DNA from: Mobula birostris | Lineage: Eukaryota | NCBI RefSeq assembly: GCF_030028105.1 | Contig: NC_092388.1 | Span: 46,878,581 to 46,942,580, forward strand | Direction: 5' to 3' | Length of the DNA: 64,000 nt | Part shown: positions 50,077 to 63,334 of the stretch, in pieces | How the letters are laid out: each line of letters starts with the position of its first letter | Numbering within the stretch: position 1 is the stretch's first letter | The notes under the pieces: generated by a model | Told to the model about the DNA's origin: nothing | Databases searched by the model: none | Seen by the model: the letters and a program-made list of their open reading frames with translations, nothing else | Position numbers and translations under genes: made by a program

Positions 50077-50433
50077 TATCACAATTGATTTGACTTGCAG
50101 TTTGCCAAGCTTGTTGATAGTTTTTATGGTTCTGTGTTGGTTTGATGATTTGCCTGGATCTTTGGTTTTGTTCAGACATTATGTATTTTTAGTTTGACAT
50201 TGTAATTAATTTGTAGTATATGGGTTTCATTTCAGTTGTCTGTCAGTCATCTGTGTAACGACAAATCTTGATAGACTTTGTTCTTTGCTTTTATGGATGC
50301 CTTGTTTCTTGTTTTTCCCTCTAGCGATCTTAACATCGTGTTGGGTTCACATTTGTAGTTGTGCATCACCAAACCAGCATAAAAGTAGAAACTCAGTGGG
50401 CTTGGCAAACTGCAAATCAAATCAATTGTGATA
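50077..50433. repeat. Inverted repeat in C6orf62 intron 3
   Basis: 50077-50110 and 50400-50433 are reverse complements at 33 of 34 positions, with weaker pairing further inward. Confidence 0.85.
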
Positions 50434-50460
50434 AGTATACTGTCAGCATTAGCACAGTAA

Positions 50461-50989
50461 CAGTGGTTGTCTCTCATGTGCAGCGATGACAGGAGACCTG
50501 TGTGGGAGAGTTTTTAAAGTGGATAGGCCACTGCACTGGGGCAGTTCCTCTCTTGACCCCAGAAGTCCAGGTTCAGTGGTACAAACAAGTGTCACGAACT
50601 GGGGTCTTCCTTTTGTTGCAGTGGATGACCATGGTGTCTTCTGTGCCTTGTCATGCTCTTTGCTTTCCACGGAGCATTGCAGTACTGCCTTCCTGGCTGT
50701 TGGATGTCACTGTAGATCTCATCTGCCCAGTCAGCCAGAGCTGACTTAGCGTGCTAGGACAGGCATATCCCTATCTCACCGGGTATGAGGCCTGCTGGCT
50801 ACCTTCACCCTTGCCTGTTGAAGTGGTGTACTGGGGTGTGGCCACTATCACATGCAGACAGCTACTTGGAGCCATAGGTGGGAGCTGAGTTTCTGGTGGG
50901 GACCAAAAGTGAGTGAGCTGCCCCAGAATGGACACAACAAGCCCCTTCACCAAAGGTGCTACCCCTCCCTGGACACCCAATGCACACCA
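50461..50989 (-). mobile_element. Non-autonomous RTE-derived element, 10-bp TSD
   Basis: agcacagtaa at 50451-50460 and 50990-50999. Related to 24415-24860. Confidence 0.7.
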
Positions 50990-51316
50990 AGCACAGTAAT
51001 TAAAAGGGTTATTTATGCATAAACCAGAAGCATTTTGTTTGCCTGTGGTACTTCAGAACCAAGCTTAGCCCTTTGATTGTCTTGAGTCCACAAGCACTTA
51101 TAATGAAGATGTTGGATTGGGACCAATAGCAGGGGTCCTGTCAAATCTTAGCAGAATTACCAAGGCCAATTATAAAATCTATGCATCTAATAAACCTAAA
51201 AGGAATAAAACTAGATCTTTCAGATCTTGGCAGATAATTTCTGAGTGCTTGCTGAACATGAAATTAAGCAACAAATCTTGTTTTCTAATATTTGAAAGTT
51301 CTTACTGTTTACGCAG

Positions 51317-51451
51317 GCCAAGTTTGAGTTTCATCATGGCGATTATGAGAAACAGTTTCTGCACTTAATTAGCCGGAAGGATAAGGCAGGACTCATCGTA
51401 AACAACCCTACCCAGTCCATCTTTCTGTTCATTAATCGTCAGCACTTGCAG
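51317..51451 (+). CDS. C6orf62: C6orf62 homolog, coding exon 4
   Basis: cgcag|[45 protein letters not shown]|gtgaat; 135 nt. Confidence 0.95.
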
Positions 51452-53669
51452 GTGAATATAATTGTGGGCCTTTACTTTCCTAAACTTATTTGGTCCCATC
51501 TGTTTGGGTGAAAAAATGTGGAACATTGCCAGAGGTTTACCGGTGAAATTCGGCATGATTATTTTTCCCTTTCTTGCTGCTAACTTAATATTGCTTTGTG
51601 TTCTTGAAATAAGTCTTTGTGAACTGTGCACTGCTATATACAGTGACTCTTTGGCTCTCTGCATGACTGCCTACAGATCTTGGTAGATTTACTTTTAGGA
51701 CCATTGCAAGGCAGTTAAATTTGAAAGTTATTTGAGTTATTGTATGCTCTGAAAATCTGCAGAGTACAGATTTGCTCATTGTATGGAAATAATCATTGCA
51801 TTGTAAACTCATTGTTTGGTGAGCTCAAAATTTTTGAAATGAATCTACTTATAACTTTGGATCTTAAATCTGTACTTAGTCCTGAACCTAGCTCCATACT
51901 ATTGGAGTTGGAAAATAAAATCAGTATTATTTGCTTTGTCCACCATATTGACATCAGGCAAGATGAGATTAAGTCTGTTGTAATCTCCTTAACAGGTAAC
52001 GTGGCATATTACCAAAAATGCAATTTTCACCCATGGGAGATTTTGCTGTTTATAGCCGGAGTAGTCAGTCAAGCCGTTAACTTAAAGTGACATTTATAGA
52101 GGCAGTGTCTGGTGTGAAACATGTAAATGACATATCTGTCGGATGTTGCGAACTGAGATTAACTGGAGCCTCAGTGCTGGGAATCTTGGCTTGGAAGTGA
52201 ATGCTGACCTAAGATTGTTAAGGGTCCAGTGAACTTGGAAATTTTGCATAGAGTGGCTTAAAATGCTTCATGTATATAACCAGATCTTAGGAAATGGGGA
52301 GCAGATGTCACAGCTGTCTGGCCAACCACGAGGTTTGTTTCAGGTCTGTGATCTTGATCTTGAAGAAAAGGTCTCAATAATGAATCTTCATTATTGAGAG
52401 GGGGAATATCTTGCAGCAGGGGCAGGTAGGTAGAGCTTCTTGGTGTTGCAGATGTTGAGTACAAGTACCATCCTTGTGCTTCGGTGAACAGATCAATGAT
52501 GTAGCTTAGCTGCAGGTGCACAAGTCTCATCTGGATACTGCAGTTTGAGTACTGAGGCCTTGGTGATCTCTTTCTGAAGTCTGGTTGAATGGTTTTCCAT
52601 AACTTCTGAAGTTTAAATACATCCCACAGGAAGTTAGGCATAAGGTTGTGACAGAAAAGATTGAGAAAGATCAGAGCAGTAGTACAGCTCTGTCAGGAGA
52701 AAAGATTTCCAGACAAAAGATTTAAGGACATGCTTCAAGTTTCCTTGAAGTTCAACATCCCCACTGACTCTTAACATGAAGATGTAGTAGAAGATGGTGT
52801 CAGTTTCTGGAAACATTAGTGTGAAGAAACAATCACACTGAAAGTAATTTCAAACTAAATGCTTCACTGCATAAGAGTTCAGTATAATGTAGCTACATTT
52901 AGCAATTCAAAGCAAATTTCAAAATTAAAGAAATGCAAAAATAGTGCTATTGCATTAATTCAAATACAGTAGGTTTGACCTTTTTTTAATTTAATGAGGA
53001 TGGTGGCCTGAAGAAAAACAAGAGCTTTCAATGTGGAAAAAATATGAGTGTTTTGTATGTTTAGAGAAACCAAATGTCATAGTTCACAAAACTGTTGATC
53101 TGTATATGTTCAAAGAGTAAGCATATTTTGATTTGGATAGAATACATTCAGTTGCAACTAATCTAAATGCACCTTGTCTCTGGAGCTGCTATCTTTTTTT
53201 CCTCCATGGATAGAGATTTAGTTTCTGATGACTGTTTTTGAGGCTGGAGGTGGTATTCTTCACCCTCAAAGGACAAGCTTATGTCACCCAGAGCAGTAAA
53301 GAAAGTTATTTTTCATATCTCCAATAAGACTTGCATGGTTAATTATCCCATATTGAAAAAGTTGATATTGATAAACTTGAACTCAAAGTCCATCCATAGT
53401 AAGTCAAAAACACAAACTTTGGATGATTCATGATGCATAGCTATTTAAAATTTAAAAACAAAACATGCCATACTAAGTTTGAGTAAGCACAGTATATGTG
53501 ACATTGAAAATACTTCACCTTTGAAGATGTGCTTGAATGCATTGACTTTTGAAAACTCATTTTCAAAGTACCTTCAGTTTTGCTTCATATTTATTGCACA
53601 TCTGTGTTACAGCTTATGATTTCTTATGTGTAATGGTGAACAATGAAGGTGTCACGTTTTATTTTGCAG

Positions 53670-53795
53670 ACTCCAAAAACCAAGGCCATAATTTTCAAGT
53701 TATGCAGTGTCTGTCTTTACCTGCCACAGGATCAGCTCACCCACTGGGGAGTTGGAACCATTGAGGACCATCTCCGTCCCTACATGCCAGATTAG
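53670..53795 (+). CDS. C6orf62: C6orf62 homolog, last coding exon
   Basis: ttttgcag|[41 protein letters not shown]; total CDS 693 nt. Confidence 0.95.
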   Translation, partial: TPKTKAIIFKLCSVCLYLPQDQLTHWGVGTIEDHLRPYMPD

Positions 53796-54715
53796 GGGCA
53801 TCGGCCAGCAATACAGGGAAGACCAAAAGTGTCAACAACAGTGAACTTATATTTCATCTTTATTTCCTGATTTTAAGATGATTAACTACTTGTGAAAAAG
53901 AACAGTCTGTTACAAAGCATACTCTACTTGAAATTTTCTTTCTAGTCATGCATATCTCAAACTTTATTTTTTTTACATTACTGCCTGCATATTCACCAAT
54001 AGGCTGCTTAGATCTACATTGTCAGTTTCACATGGAAAACAAAGGTGAAATTTGAAGATTGTTTTGAACTGCATAAATATCTGAAAAGTACATGATTAAT
54101 CTTGTTTCTGCTGGTTATGTAACCTGACACACTGCATTGTTTTGAGATGTAATGTTGGGCGAGTTCTGCATTTGATAAAGAGTTCAAGTAAAGGATTCAT
54201 CTTGGATGTGTTGTACAAATGAAGGGCTTCAAACCTGAATAACACATGGTCCTGACACGCATAGCTGTTGAGCACAAACTGTTCATAAGAGGATGGCAAG
54301 CAAGCGAAAGAGGTAGCGGGGGGAGGATCTTTAGTACCCATTTTGGTATCTGTGTAATGTAGGCTATCACCACCATGTAGTCTACATTTAAGTTTGCTGG
54401 CATGTTCTTTTTGGATCTTATTCCCTTAGTTGCTATATAAATGTACAAAGGAATTTTTCTTCTATTCTTTGGGGAGATTTTAGCAGGTTAATAATGGCAG
54501 GTTAGACTCAGTAAATAACTGGAGTCTAAAGTAGCGAAACAGCTACAAGATTGTCACTGAAGTTCAATGTTACTGGAATCTTTAAAAAACTTTCCTGTAG
54601 CTGAAGTAGCTTATTTACCTAGAAAGGGAGGTTGGGACTAAAAATGGATGAAGGTATAAAGTCAGTTTTTGATTGTGTAAAAATATGCTGATTGCTGATA
54701 CAACTCTGTAAAGTT

Positions 54716-55115
54716 AATAAAATAATGAAGAAATACCATACTTGCGTTCAAGAAAATGCACTTAAAATTGCTTCTTTAAAAATTCTGGAGTGTTTCAGTT
54801 GGGTTATTAAGGTCATTACTTGTAAGACATGATTTTGAACTTGCATAATTAATGCAAGGCAGGCTGCAAAATGAATCAAAGGAGGAAAGAAAGCATTTCT
54901 CTGAAGCTGTAAGAATTGTGAGCTTCCTGAGCTTATTTATGCATGCCTGCTACTTCAGTTAAGAACAAGGCTAATCAGTAGGAAATTTGTATTCACCTTC
55001 TGTTGAAATTGGGAAAATGAAAATAAATCTTTAATCCATATTCAGAATTGTTTTTATCATTCAAAATACTGTAACTGTGTTAACAATACTTTTGAGTTAA
55101 TGATGCTTGAATAAA
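54716..55115 (+). terminator. Candidate C6orf62 polyadenylation signals
   Basis: AATAAA at 54716-54721, 55022-55027 and 55110-55115. Confidence 0.45.
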
Positions 55116-55397
55116 AACAAAATACCTGCCATTTCCACACCAGAAAATGTATTAACCTCTTAGCAAAGTAAATCCCACCAAGTAAAAAGACCTCAAGGCA
55201 ATTGAATGCAGACAGCAATTAAACATGTCTGATATAAGCATCAAGAATCCAAGTCAAGCTGTGTGAAACGTTTTCATGTTAGCTATCCATGAGGATTTGT
55301 TTGTACTCCTGCGCGGTATTTGCTAACATCAACAGAGAGGCGTTTCAGCTACTCAGGTAATCACGAGGAAGTGGGTGGAATGTAAAAGTAAAAAGAA

Positions 55398-55630
55398 ATG
55401 CCACATTTCATTCAGAGGAAGTTCCAGTCTTGGTGACTGACCATGAGCTGGAAGGATTATCTTCAGGTTTTGACTGCTTAGAGGAGATCTAGCCTGAGCT
55501 ATGCAAAACGAGGAGGAAGGGGTTTCAGGTTCATAGGCCTGGAGAGAAAAGCTTTGAATACGGCTTAATACATTAGGACCTGTCCTCTAGATTTCTTCTG
55601 ATGGAACCATGTAATCTGTAAATTAACTAT
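55398..55630. repeat. Diverged direct duplicate of 58491-58720
   Basis: Shared blocks: atgccacatttca.tcagag.aagttccagtcttggtgact.accatga, gagagaaaa, tacattaggacct and atgtaatctgt. Confidence 0.8.
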
Positions 55631-56593
55631 GTGGTCTTGAAAATAGCATTAAATCTTGTTTAATACCACTTAATATTGGTACGGTTTTACTGAATAATAA
55701 AATTAGACTGAGTTACTTTTAGGCAAATGAGAAAAACTTACGATATGGAAATCTCACAAACCACAATGAAATGGTTCATGATGATAATGTCATTTTATAA
55801 TCCCCAGAAATAGGGTGGCTGTGATTCAGTAATTTGTGGGATCCCGTCTCTATTGCATGAGATTAGCTCTACAATTCTATCATCTAATATATTCCATGAT
55901 GGCATAGGGACAAATGGTTGAATTTTAGATTACAGATTCAATTGCTCATCTCAAAGTTCAAAGTACTTTGAACTTTGATATTGATATCCTTATTTTACTG
56001 CATAATGAAATTAGCATTGGACAAAATCAACTTATGAAAGAAATCTCAAATCTTGCAAAATTTAAATTACGGACCCAAACACTAATTTTTCACCATTCTT
56101 CTATTGACCAAGGTTTTCAAATTCCTGTGTTCATTTTCTCATACTTTTGTATATATAGTTAGGACACATGTAACATCAAGATTAGACTCGAGGAATAGAA
56201 CAACTTGCACTGGAACAATGAACAAAATGCATATTCAAATTACTTTTATTTTCTTTACTGCCAGAACAAAGATATTTTACAACCAAGAAGTATTGGCATG
56301 TAGCCACGACTGCATTAGCAATAGGTAACTGTATAAGCAAGATTCCACAATGTCAAACATTACCATTTAAAGCGGGTTATAGTCATAAGTACTGACACAA
56401 ATACTCTTTGAACAGAGTAAGTGGTGTTTGTTGATGAGATCTTAGTGTCTTACCATAAAAGACATCACTTGTGACAATGCAACATTTACACAGTATTGCA
56501 CTGCCCTTCATCTCAAACAAGTTGAAAATTAATCTGCAGAACAGCTTGTAATTGAATTGAAAGCACAATTTACAATATTTGAAATTAAAATCT

Positions 56594-56599
56594 TTTATT
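56594..56599 (-). terminator. Candidate ACOT13 polyadenylation signal
   Basis: AATAAA on the minus strand about 50 nt after the stop codon. Confidence 0.5.
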
Positions 56600-56649
56600 T
56601 GTTAAATTTTCCTCAAATGAAGTAATTGTACAAAAACGGTTTAAATTTT

Positions 56650-56806
56650 TTAAGTGCCAAGGTATTTTGTGTGCCGTCCTTGAGCCAAGAGTTTCCCTGT
56701 TTCTTTGTTTGTCACGTCCACAGTTGTAAATGCAAGAGATTTACCTTCCTTCAGCACCTCAGCAGTTATGATAATATCCTCTCCCAGTTTTGCTGCATTC
56801 ATATAC
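56650..56806 (-). CDS. ACOT13: Acyl-CoA thioesterase 13, exon 3
   Basis: ttttag|g YMNAAKLGEDIIITAEVLKEGKSLAFTTVDVTNKETGKLLAQGRHTKYLGT*; 157 nt. Confidence 0.96.
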
Positions 56807-57655
56807 CTAAAAGAAGTAATAAGTCACATACATTTTCAGTTATCAAGTATATCATTGCAATTGGATACATGTTATTCTGAAAAGCAAAGACATTTATTTA
56901 ATGACATTTCATCTACATTCTTTTTCTGGCTAAGGTACCTTGCCATTGTCATTGTGGACACGATAAGAAGAAGAAGAATTGTCATTGTCAGCAAAGTACC
57001 ATCTGCTGTAATTGATTAAATAAAAGTAGTCAATCTCCACATAGCACATATTTGCTATTCTAATTATGTTCATGCTGAGTACCAGCTATTAGCTTAACCG
57101 GTCATGTTCATGCCTCACTTGAAAACGTGCAGGTTCCTCTGGAACCTCAGACCTGAGATACGAGGACACAATTTGCTGCCACGCTCAGTGCAGTACTGAG
57201 GAGCTGTTCCACTTTAAAGATGATCTTTAGTGTGAGATCCCAAACTAAGACTCCCTTTCTCCTTGGAGTGACTACAACACAACCTGGAGCATTATTTGCA
57301 AAAAGGCAAATGTGTCACTGATGATTTATAGTCCAAAATGTCTTTGCTAAGACATCAAAATATATTTTCTCTAATTCGGCACACTGCTTGGTGCAACTGG
57401 CGATAACATTTTCAACATCAGTAATGAAAATTGATAGCTCACAGGCAAATGAGATCAAATGGTTTTCTTCTATAGTGCTGATAAATACTTTATAAATGAA
57501 CAGTTCACAACACTGTTTACGATTTGAAAACAATTTTGCATGTGGTTCCTATAAATCATTGCCAGTGATTTTAGTTGTGCATCATCATTCGGTTCTGTTA
57601 TTGAATGATTAGACACAGTTTGTTAAATTTCCAAAGTACCAAAAACTGTACATAC

Positions 57656-57840
57656 GTTATATTCATGTCCACACTAACTCCTGGTAATGCCCGTTCAGTG
57701 CTAAGCAAGGCTGTAGTTGATACCACATCCACTAGTGTTGCTGTCAGTCCACCATGTAGGTTGCCCGCCCGATTCACATGTTCCTCCTCTACTTTCATTT
57801 GGCAGACAATTTTTCCAGGGCTAGCTGTAACAACAGCCAT
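57656..57840 (-). CDS. ACOT13: Acyl-CoA thioesterase 13, exon 2 (hotdog fold, HGG motif)
   Basis: MAVVTASPGKIVCQMKVEEEHVNRAGNLHGGLTATLVDVVST...PGVSVDMNIT. 185 nt; boundaries ag| and |gtatgt. Confidence 0.96.
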
Positions 57841-58789
57841 CTGGAAAAAAGTGTAATTGTAACTTAATTAGACTGATATTTGATTTTAAAATATATTGAT
57901 TATTAAATAATTGGCTTTCTTTGCCAAATGTGCATTGAAACATACAGTGAAATATGTCATTTGTGTCTACAACCAACAAGAGTCCAAGGATGTGCTGAGG
58001 GCAGCCTGCAAATGTCGCCATGCTTCTGGCGTTAACACAGCATGCTCACAAGCTACTAACTCTAACTCGTATGTTTTTGGAATGTGGGAGGAAACCAGTG
58101 CATGTGGAGGAAACCCACATGGTCATTTGGCGAACATAAAAACTCCTTACAGACAGGGAGGATTGAATCAAGATTGTGGCACTGTAGAGTGCTGCACTAC
58201 TGTGCCACTCCTTGCATTATGCCAAATAGTATAAGGGATGTTCTCAGCATATAAAGGCTCCTAGGAGAGGGTCTTTTAGAATAAAAGGCATAACAAGCAT
58301 GTTAAGAAACATTATGGAGCCTTGCAATCATGAGGTGAAAGTCTAAAGGGCTTTGCATAGATGTCTGGAACTTTTGCGGTAAAAATGGTGGCTGGTAAGG
58401 AGTGTGTTTAAGAGGCTGGTCTGTGTGTAATTAGGCCTTGAATAGTTTTGGCACAGGAGAGGCAAGTGAGTGCAATGCTAGAAGGTAATAATGCCACATT
58501 TCACTCAGAGCAAGTTCCAGTCTTGGTGACTCACCATGAAATTCAAGGATCATCTTCAGGACAAGCACTACCTGATTTGGCTGCTTGCAGGAGGTCCAAT
58601 CAGCAGCTAACACAAAACAAGGCCCAGAGAGAAAAACTCTGAGTACTGCTAGTACATTAGGACCTTTCATTTCCTCCAGATTTCTACCTAAAGAAAATGT
58701 AATCTGTGGAAATTAATTAAATGGCCAGGAAGATAGAAAAACTTTAAGCACAGACCAAAATCCTCTGAACTCTTTTTACAACTATTGAT

Positions 58790-59090
58790 TCTACTAAGCA
58801 CGATCCCTCCTCGCTGATAACCAACACTGGCACATCTCAAGGATGTATGCTTAGTGCACTGCCCTACGCTCTCTACGCCCGTGACTGTGTGGCTAGACAC
58901 AGCTCAAACGCCATCTATAAATTTGCTGATGACACAACTGTTGTCGGCAGAATTTCAGATCGTGATGACGAGGCGTACTGGTGTCACAACAACAATCTTG
59001 CACTCAACGTCAGTAAGACTGAGGAATTGACTGTGGACTTCAGAAAAGGGCACGCACACCAGTCCTCAGCGAGGGATCAGCAGTGGAAAG
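58790..59090 (+). mobile_element. Degenerate Rex1/Babar RT fragment
   Basis: LYARDCVARHSSNAIYKFADDTTVVG...NNLALNVSKTEEL. Confidence 0.8.
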
Positions 59091-60667
59091 GGAATGGGAA
59101 CGTAGTGCTGAAGTCATTGATCTTCTTCAAGGTACATGTTAAGATTTAGTGGGAATTTTAAGCATGTTTTGATACTGCGATAATGGAGAAAATCATGCAC
59201 TTTTGTATCCAACCTAAATTATGAAACTTTCAGTTCAAGACATTAATGAATGACAAGTCTGATGATCTTAGACCCTATTGCTACCACATTAGCTTGTAAA
59301 TGTCTTAAATGAAGAGAAGATAGAAATAGTTGAATCTTCTAGACAGAGTTCAGAAGGCCACATATATCAATCAAGTAGAAGAAACTTGTTCTATTCTAAA
59401 TATCACCAACTTCTATACAGTTGTGTCTATTTAGACAGGAAATGAAACCAATTTCAAAGCATACCATGCTCCCTGCTCTTAACTCCCAATCTATCTCTGT
59501 TCTGTGTGGATATATTTGCCAGGGAAAATTATGCAACCAAAAAATGTAAAGATCTGGAAACTTCTGGGAAATACAGAGAAGCTAATTTAAAATACCGACA
59601 TGTTTGAATGGAACGCCATGAGAATTCACTGATTGTTGGCAACACACTTGAGCAGCTGGCAGGAATTCCATGTCTTTGCAAAAGCAGTAAGAATGAAATT
59701 ACTGACAATGTGCCTAGGATAATCTACTAACTCTGAGGTAGAAATAATTCTTATCACCCAAGATACAACTTATTTCATGATGCATTATTTGTATAAACTT
59801 ACATAAATCTTCAAGTTCGTGGGAGAGAAAGTGCCCCGCATCTTGAAGCCTTCAAGTGGGATTATGTTGCATTGCAACCAAATTTCCTGACCTCTGAAGC
59901 AGAATCCAATAAAAAGTAGAGCTGAAACTATCTTTCTGGTCTCATTGGAATGAGGCAAGTTCTGCCTGGTCTTGGCTAGCATATATTTGAAGACCAAAAT
60001 CCTGACAAAATATTGCTTATTTCTCAATAATAATGCACCTTATCAATAATTGAAATTGGTGTTAATAGGTTACATCCATTTCAGTATTGATAACTATCCG
60101 TTTAATACTATTATGTATTTAGTCTGTGGGTTTTAGGGATTCAGGAGTTAAAGAATTATGGGAGATTTTACTGAGAGGATGTCAAAAGGAATTTCTGCTT
60201 GTCATGACGACAAAGACACTCCACATCTACCCGTTTCTCCAGTGACATAGCCACAACCACAAAGGTTTGTCCAAATAACACATTCTTCTTAACCATAACA
60301 AAGTCAGGTTAAATCAATGAATTGAATCAAAAATGCAAATTGTATTTCTGCCCTGTTGATTTCATCCAGATGTTATATGTATGCAATTGAGGAAGAAATA
60401 AAGATTGCAACGCCATAGAGATTTATGCCCAGAAGGAGCTAATTAAACTCATACCGGCCCTGCCAGCCGAAGATTTACTGTTTACATTAATGCATGTTGG
60501 TGTATGGCCCTTTACATCATGACACTTCCAATACTCATGTATAAAATTGTTTATACATGGGTAAAGGTTTCTGCCTCCATTTTACTTTCAAGTAGTCGGT
60601 TCTGGACCTCAATTACTTGTGAAAAATATTTCTCTTTAGTCCCCTTTACTCTTTCAACCAATTAACT

Positions 60668-61162
60668 TAAATCTCCCGGTGGCAAAATACTTTAATTCCG
60701 ATTCCCATTCTGACATGTCGGTTCAAGGTCTCCTCTTGTGCCAAGGTGAGGCTGCCGTCAGGGTGGAGGAGCAACACCTTATATTCAATCTGAATAGCCT
60801 CCAACCTGATGGCATGAACATTGGTTTCTCCTTCCAGTAAACAAATTTCCCTCCACCCTTCCTCTATTCCCCACTCTAACCTTTTACCTCTTCTCACCTG
60901 CCTACTACTTCACCCTGGCTCCCGCACCCCCCCCCCTTTTCTCCTATGGTCCTTTCTCCTCTCCTTCTTCAGTCTTTGACCTTTCCCACCCACCCTTCAC
61001 CTTCCAGATAACCTCCTTCCTCTCCCCCACCTTTTTTATTCTAGCATCTTCTCCCCTTCTTCTCAGTCCTGAAGAACGTTCTCAGCCCGAAACGCTGGCT
61101 GTTTATTCATCTCCATGGATGCAGCCCGACTACTCAGTTCATCCAGCATTTTGTGTGTGTAA
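60668..61162 (+). mobile_element. PLE 3' fragment with hammerhead-like motif (61065-61100)
   Basis: Encodes RVEEQHLIFNL.SLQPDGMNI, then a pyrimidine tract and agtcCTGAAGAacgttctcagcccGAAACgctggct. Confidence 0.78.
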
Positions 61163-61534
61163 CTTAAATCTATGCTTCTTTGTCCTTGTTCTATCCGCCT
61201 TCATTTACACCCTGTCCAGGGCACTCACGCTAAAGGACTTCAGTTATGTCTCTCATCACTCCTGTATTCCAAAGGAAATGACACAAGACTTGATAATTTC
61301 TCACTATGACTATTATTCAGCAGCCCTAGCAACCTAAATTTATTTTTCATGCTCCTCAATGCAATGATACCCTTCCTGCAGAACTCTAACTATGGTTAAC
61401 TAATGTTCTGGAAATCTTAATTTGATCACATTGCTCTGTTCAGTGCCTTATCCTGCAATGGAAAGGTTTCTGTGTGGTTTCAAAGCTACCTTATCAATCT
61501 GTCTGGGTACCTCCAGAGATCTGTGGCCATTGTG

Positions 61535-61810
61535 AGTGGTATAGAGAGGGTAAATGCAAGTAGGCTCTTTCCACTGAGGTTGGGTGGGACTACAACTAGA
61601 GGACATGGCTTAACGGTTGAAAGGTGAGAAGCTTAAGAGTCACTTGAGGGAAAACCTCTTCACTCAGAGGATTGTGAAGGTGTGGAATAAGCTGCCAGCA
61701 CAAGTGGTCTATGTGAACTGAATTTCAAGAGAAGTTTGGATAGGTACATGGATAGTAGGGATACAGAGGGCTATGGTCCTGGTGCAGGTCAATGGGACTC
61801 TATGTCCTCC
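61535..61810 (+). mobile_element. CR1 3' fragment
   Basis: TRGH..., ttcactcagagg..gtgtggaa and a CR1-type 3' UTR. Confidence 0.7.
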
Positions 61811-63021
61811 AAGACTACTGTTCTTCTAAACTTCTCAGCAAATCTCAATTTATAATGTATGTCCTTGCTTTGTTTTCTCTTCTCATGTGTTGCTTCAATA
61901 TTATAAACCTTGATCTAACTAAGATTTCCAAGATCACCAGTGATGACCATTTTTTCTGGTACAGATGTCCAGAACTAGAAAACATTAACATAAAATCTGT
62001 GCTAAGCTATTCAGGAGCAGTCAGGGAACCCTCAGACAAAGGATGGTGGATATCTGCTCTGTTTTTCTTTTTTTCTCTCTCTCAGATCAACTGAACACCT
62101 AATAACTGATAGGTTTAGAAAAAAAGTATGAAGGAATACAGACAAATCGCAGAGTTTCTGTATATCCCCCATGATATTAGTGAATGTAACAGGTAAAAAA
62201 GCCTAAGCATATTATTTCTTATGAATCCGGTTACAATCTAATCGAATGGCAGAACATAAAAGCAGCTGAAAGACTTGCTTTCCACATTTCTTCCTGTGGA
62301 CACAAAATGTTTTGGACAAGAAATATTTACTCAGGTTTATTACCAGAAAAATAAACTAATTTATCATATTCATAAGGGGAGAATGTGTTGTTTTAAACAT
62401 TACACTATAGCATTAATATTCTTTCTGCGTCAGTTCCTGGGATTTCAGTTCCTGGGAAATGCTGATAGTTTAATCAAACTGTTGCACCATCTTTACAGAG
62501 TGTTTCCACATATAACACTCAGTAAATGTTGTAAGTGACTGAAGCCAGTGCCTAAGGCCATGAAATCTGAAGGAGACTCAAATCATACTCATTGGGAAAT
62601 GGATTAATTGATGTTGCTCAAATCCAATGCCATTTTTCCATCAGAGGGAAAATTTCACATTCCAGGGCTCGAAGGCAAAATATTCTTTCTTTCATCAAAT
62701 GTCATTAACTTGTGTTTATCGTTCTCAGTATCAAAGCGCGCTTTAAAATGATATAAAAATAACTAATTGTGAATAGTCTTTGACCGTACGCTTTACTAAA
62801 ATATTAACTACTGCACCTAATATTTCCCTTAATCAATTTAGAACAATAGGAATAATGGTTCGGATTCAATTCTAACCAACAGCTAAGAACATCTGACGAA
62901 ACGTCGCGTAAATCATTTTTAATAAAGCTTATCTTTGCAGAAATTTGGCCTAAGCTGTGGAGTGCTGGAAGTTTCCTGCAATGCTGGTTACATTCACAAA
63001 TTCACAGCGTCAGCGATTCAC

Positions 63022-63105
63022 CTTGCTCAAAATTTGATCGAAGCCCTTTCCACCTGTCAAATCTCGGATTAACTGTCTGAAATTGTTCAAGGACGATCCA
63101 GCCAT
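63022..63105 (-). CDS. ACOT13: Acyl-CoA thioesterase 13, exon 1
   Basis: accATGG start; MAGSSLNNFRQLIRDLTGGKGFDQILSK|gtgaat. 84 nt, phase 0, in a CpG-rich region. Confidence 0.92.
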
Positions 63106-63310
63106 GGTCAGAAATAAGGTCGCAGCTATCGCTTCTCGGCGAACTGTTTAAAGGTTATAGAGAGAGGTCTTCCTGGAGCAGACGGAAATACGCCCGCAAG
63201 CTCGGATGACCAACAGCATCTCCCATTGCGCCCCCTAGAGGAGCTGAGCTCCCATACTTCACAAATTAAAACGGCCAGTGCCGGAACTTCTCTTCCGTGA
63301 AAACAGTTCA
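63106..63310 (-). promoter_or_regulatory. ACOT13 promoter / 5' UTR
   Basis: CpG-enriched with ETS-like CGGAA motifs at about 63183, 63282 and 63293. Confidence 0.55.
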
Positions 63311-63334
63311 CTTTCTTTCCCCAGGCACAGTATT

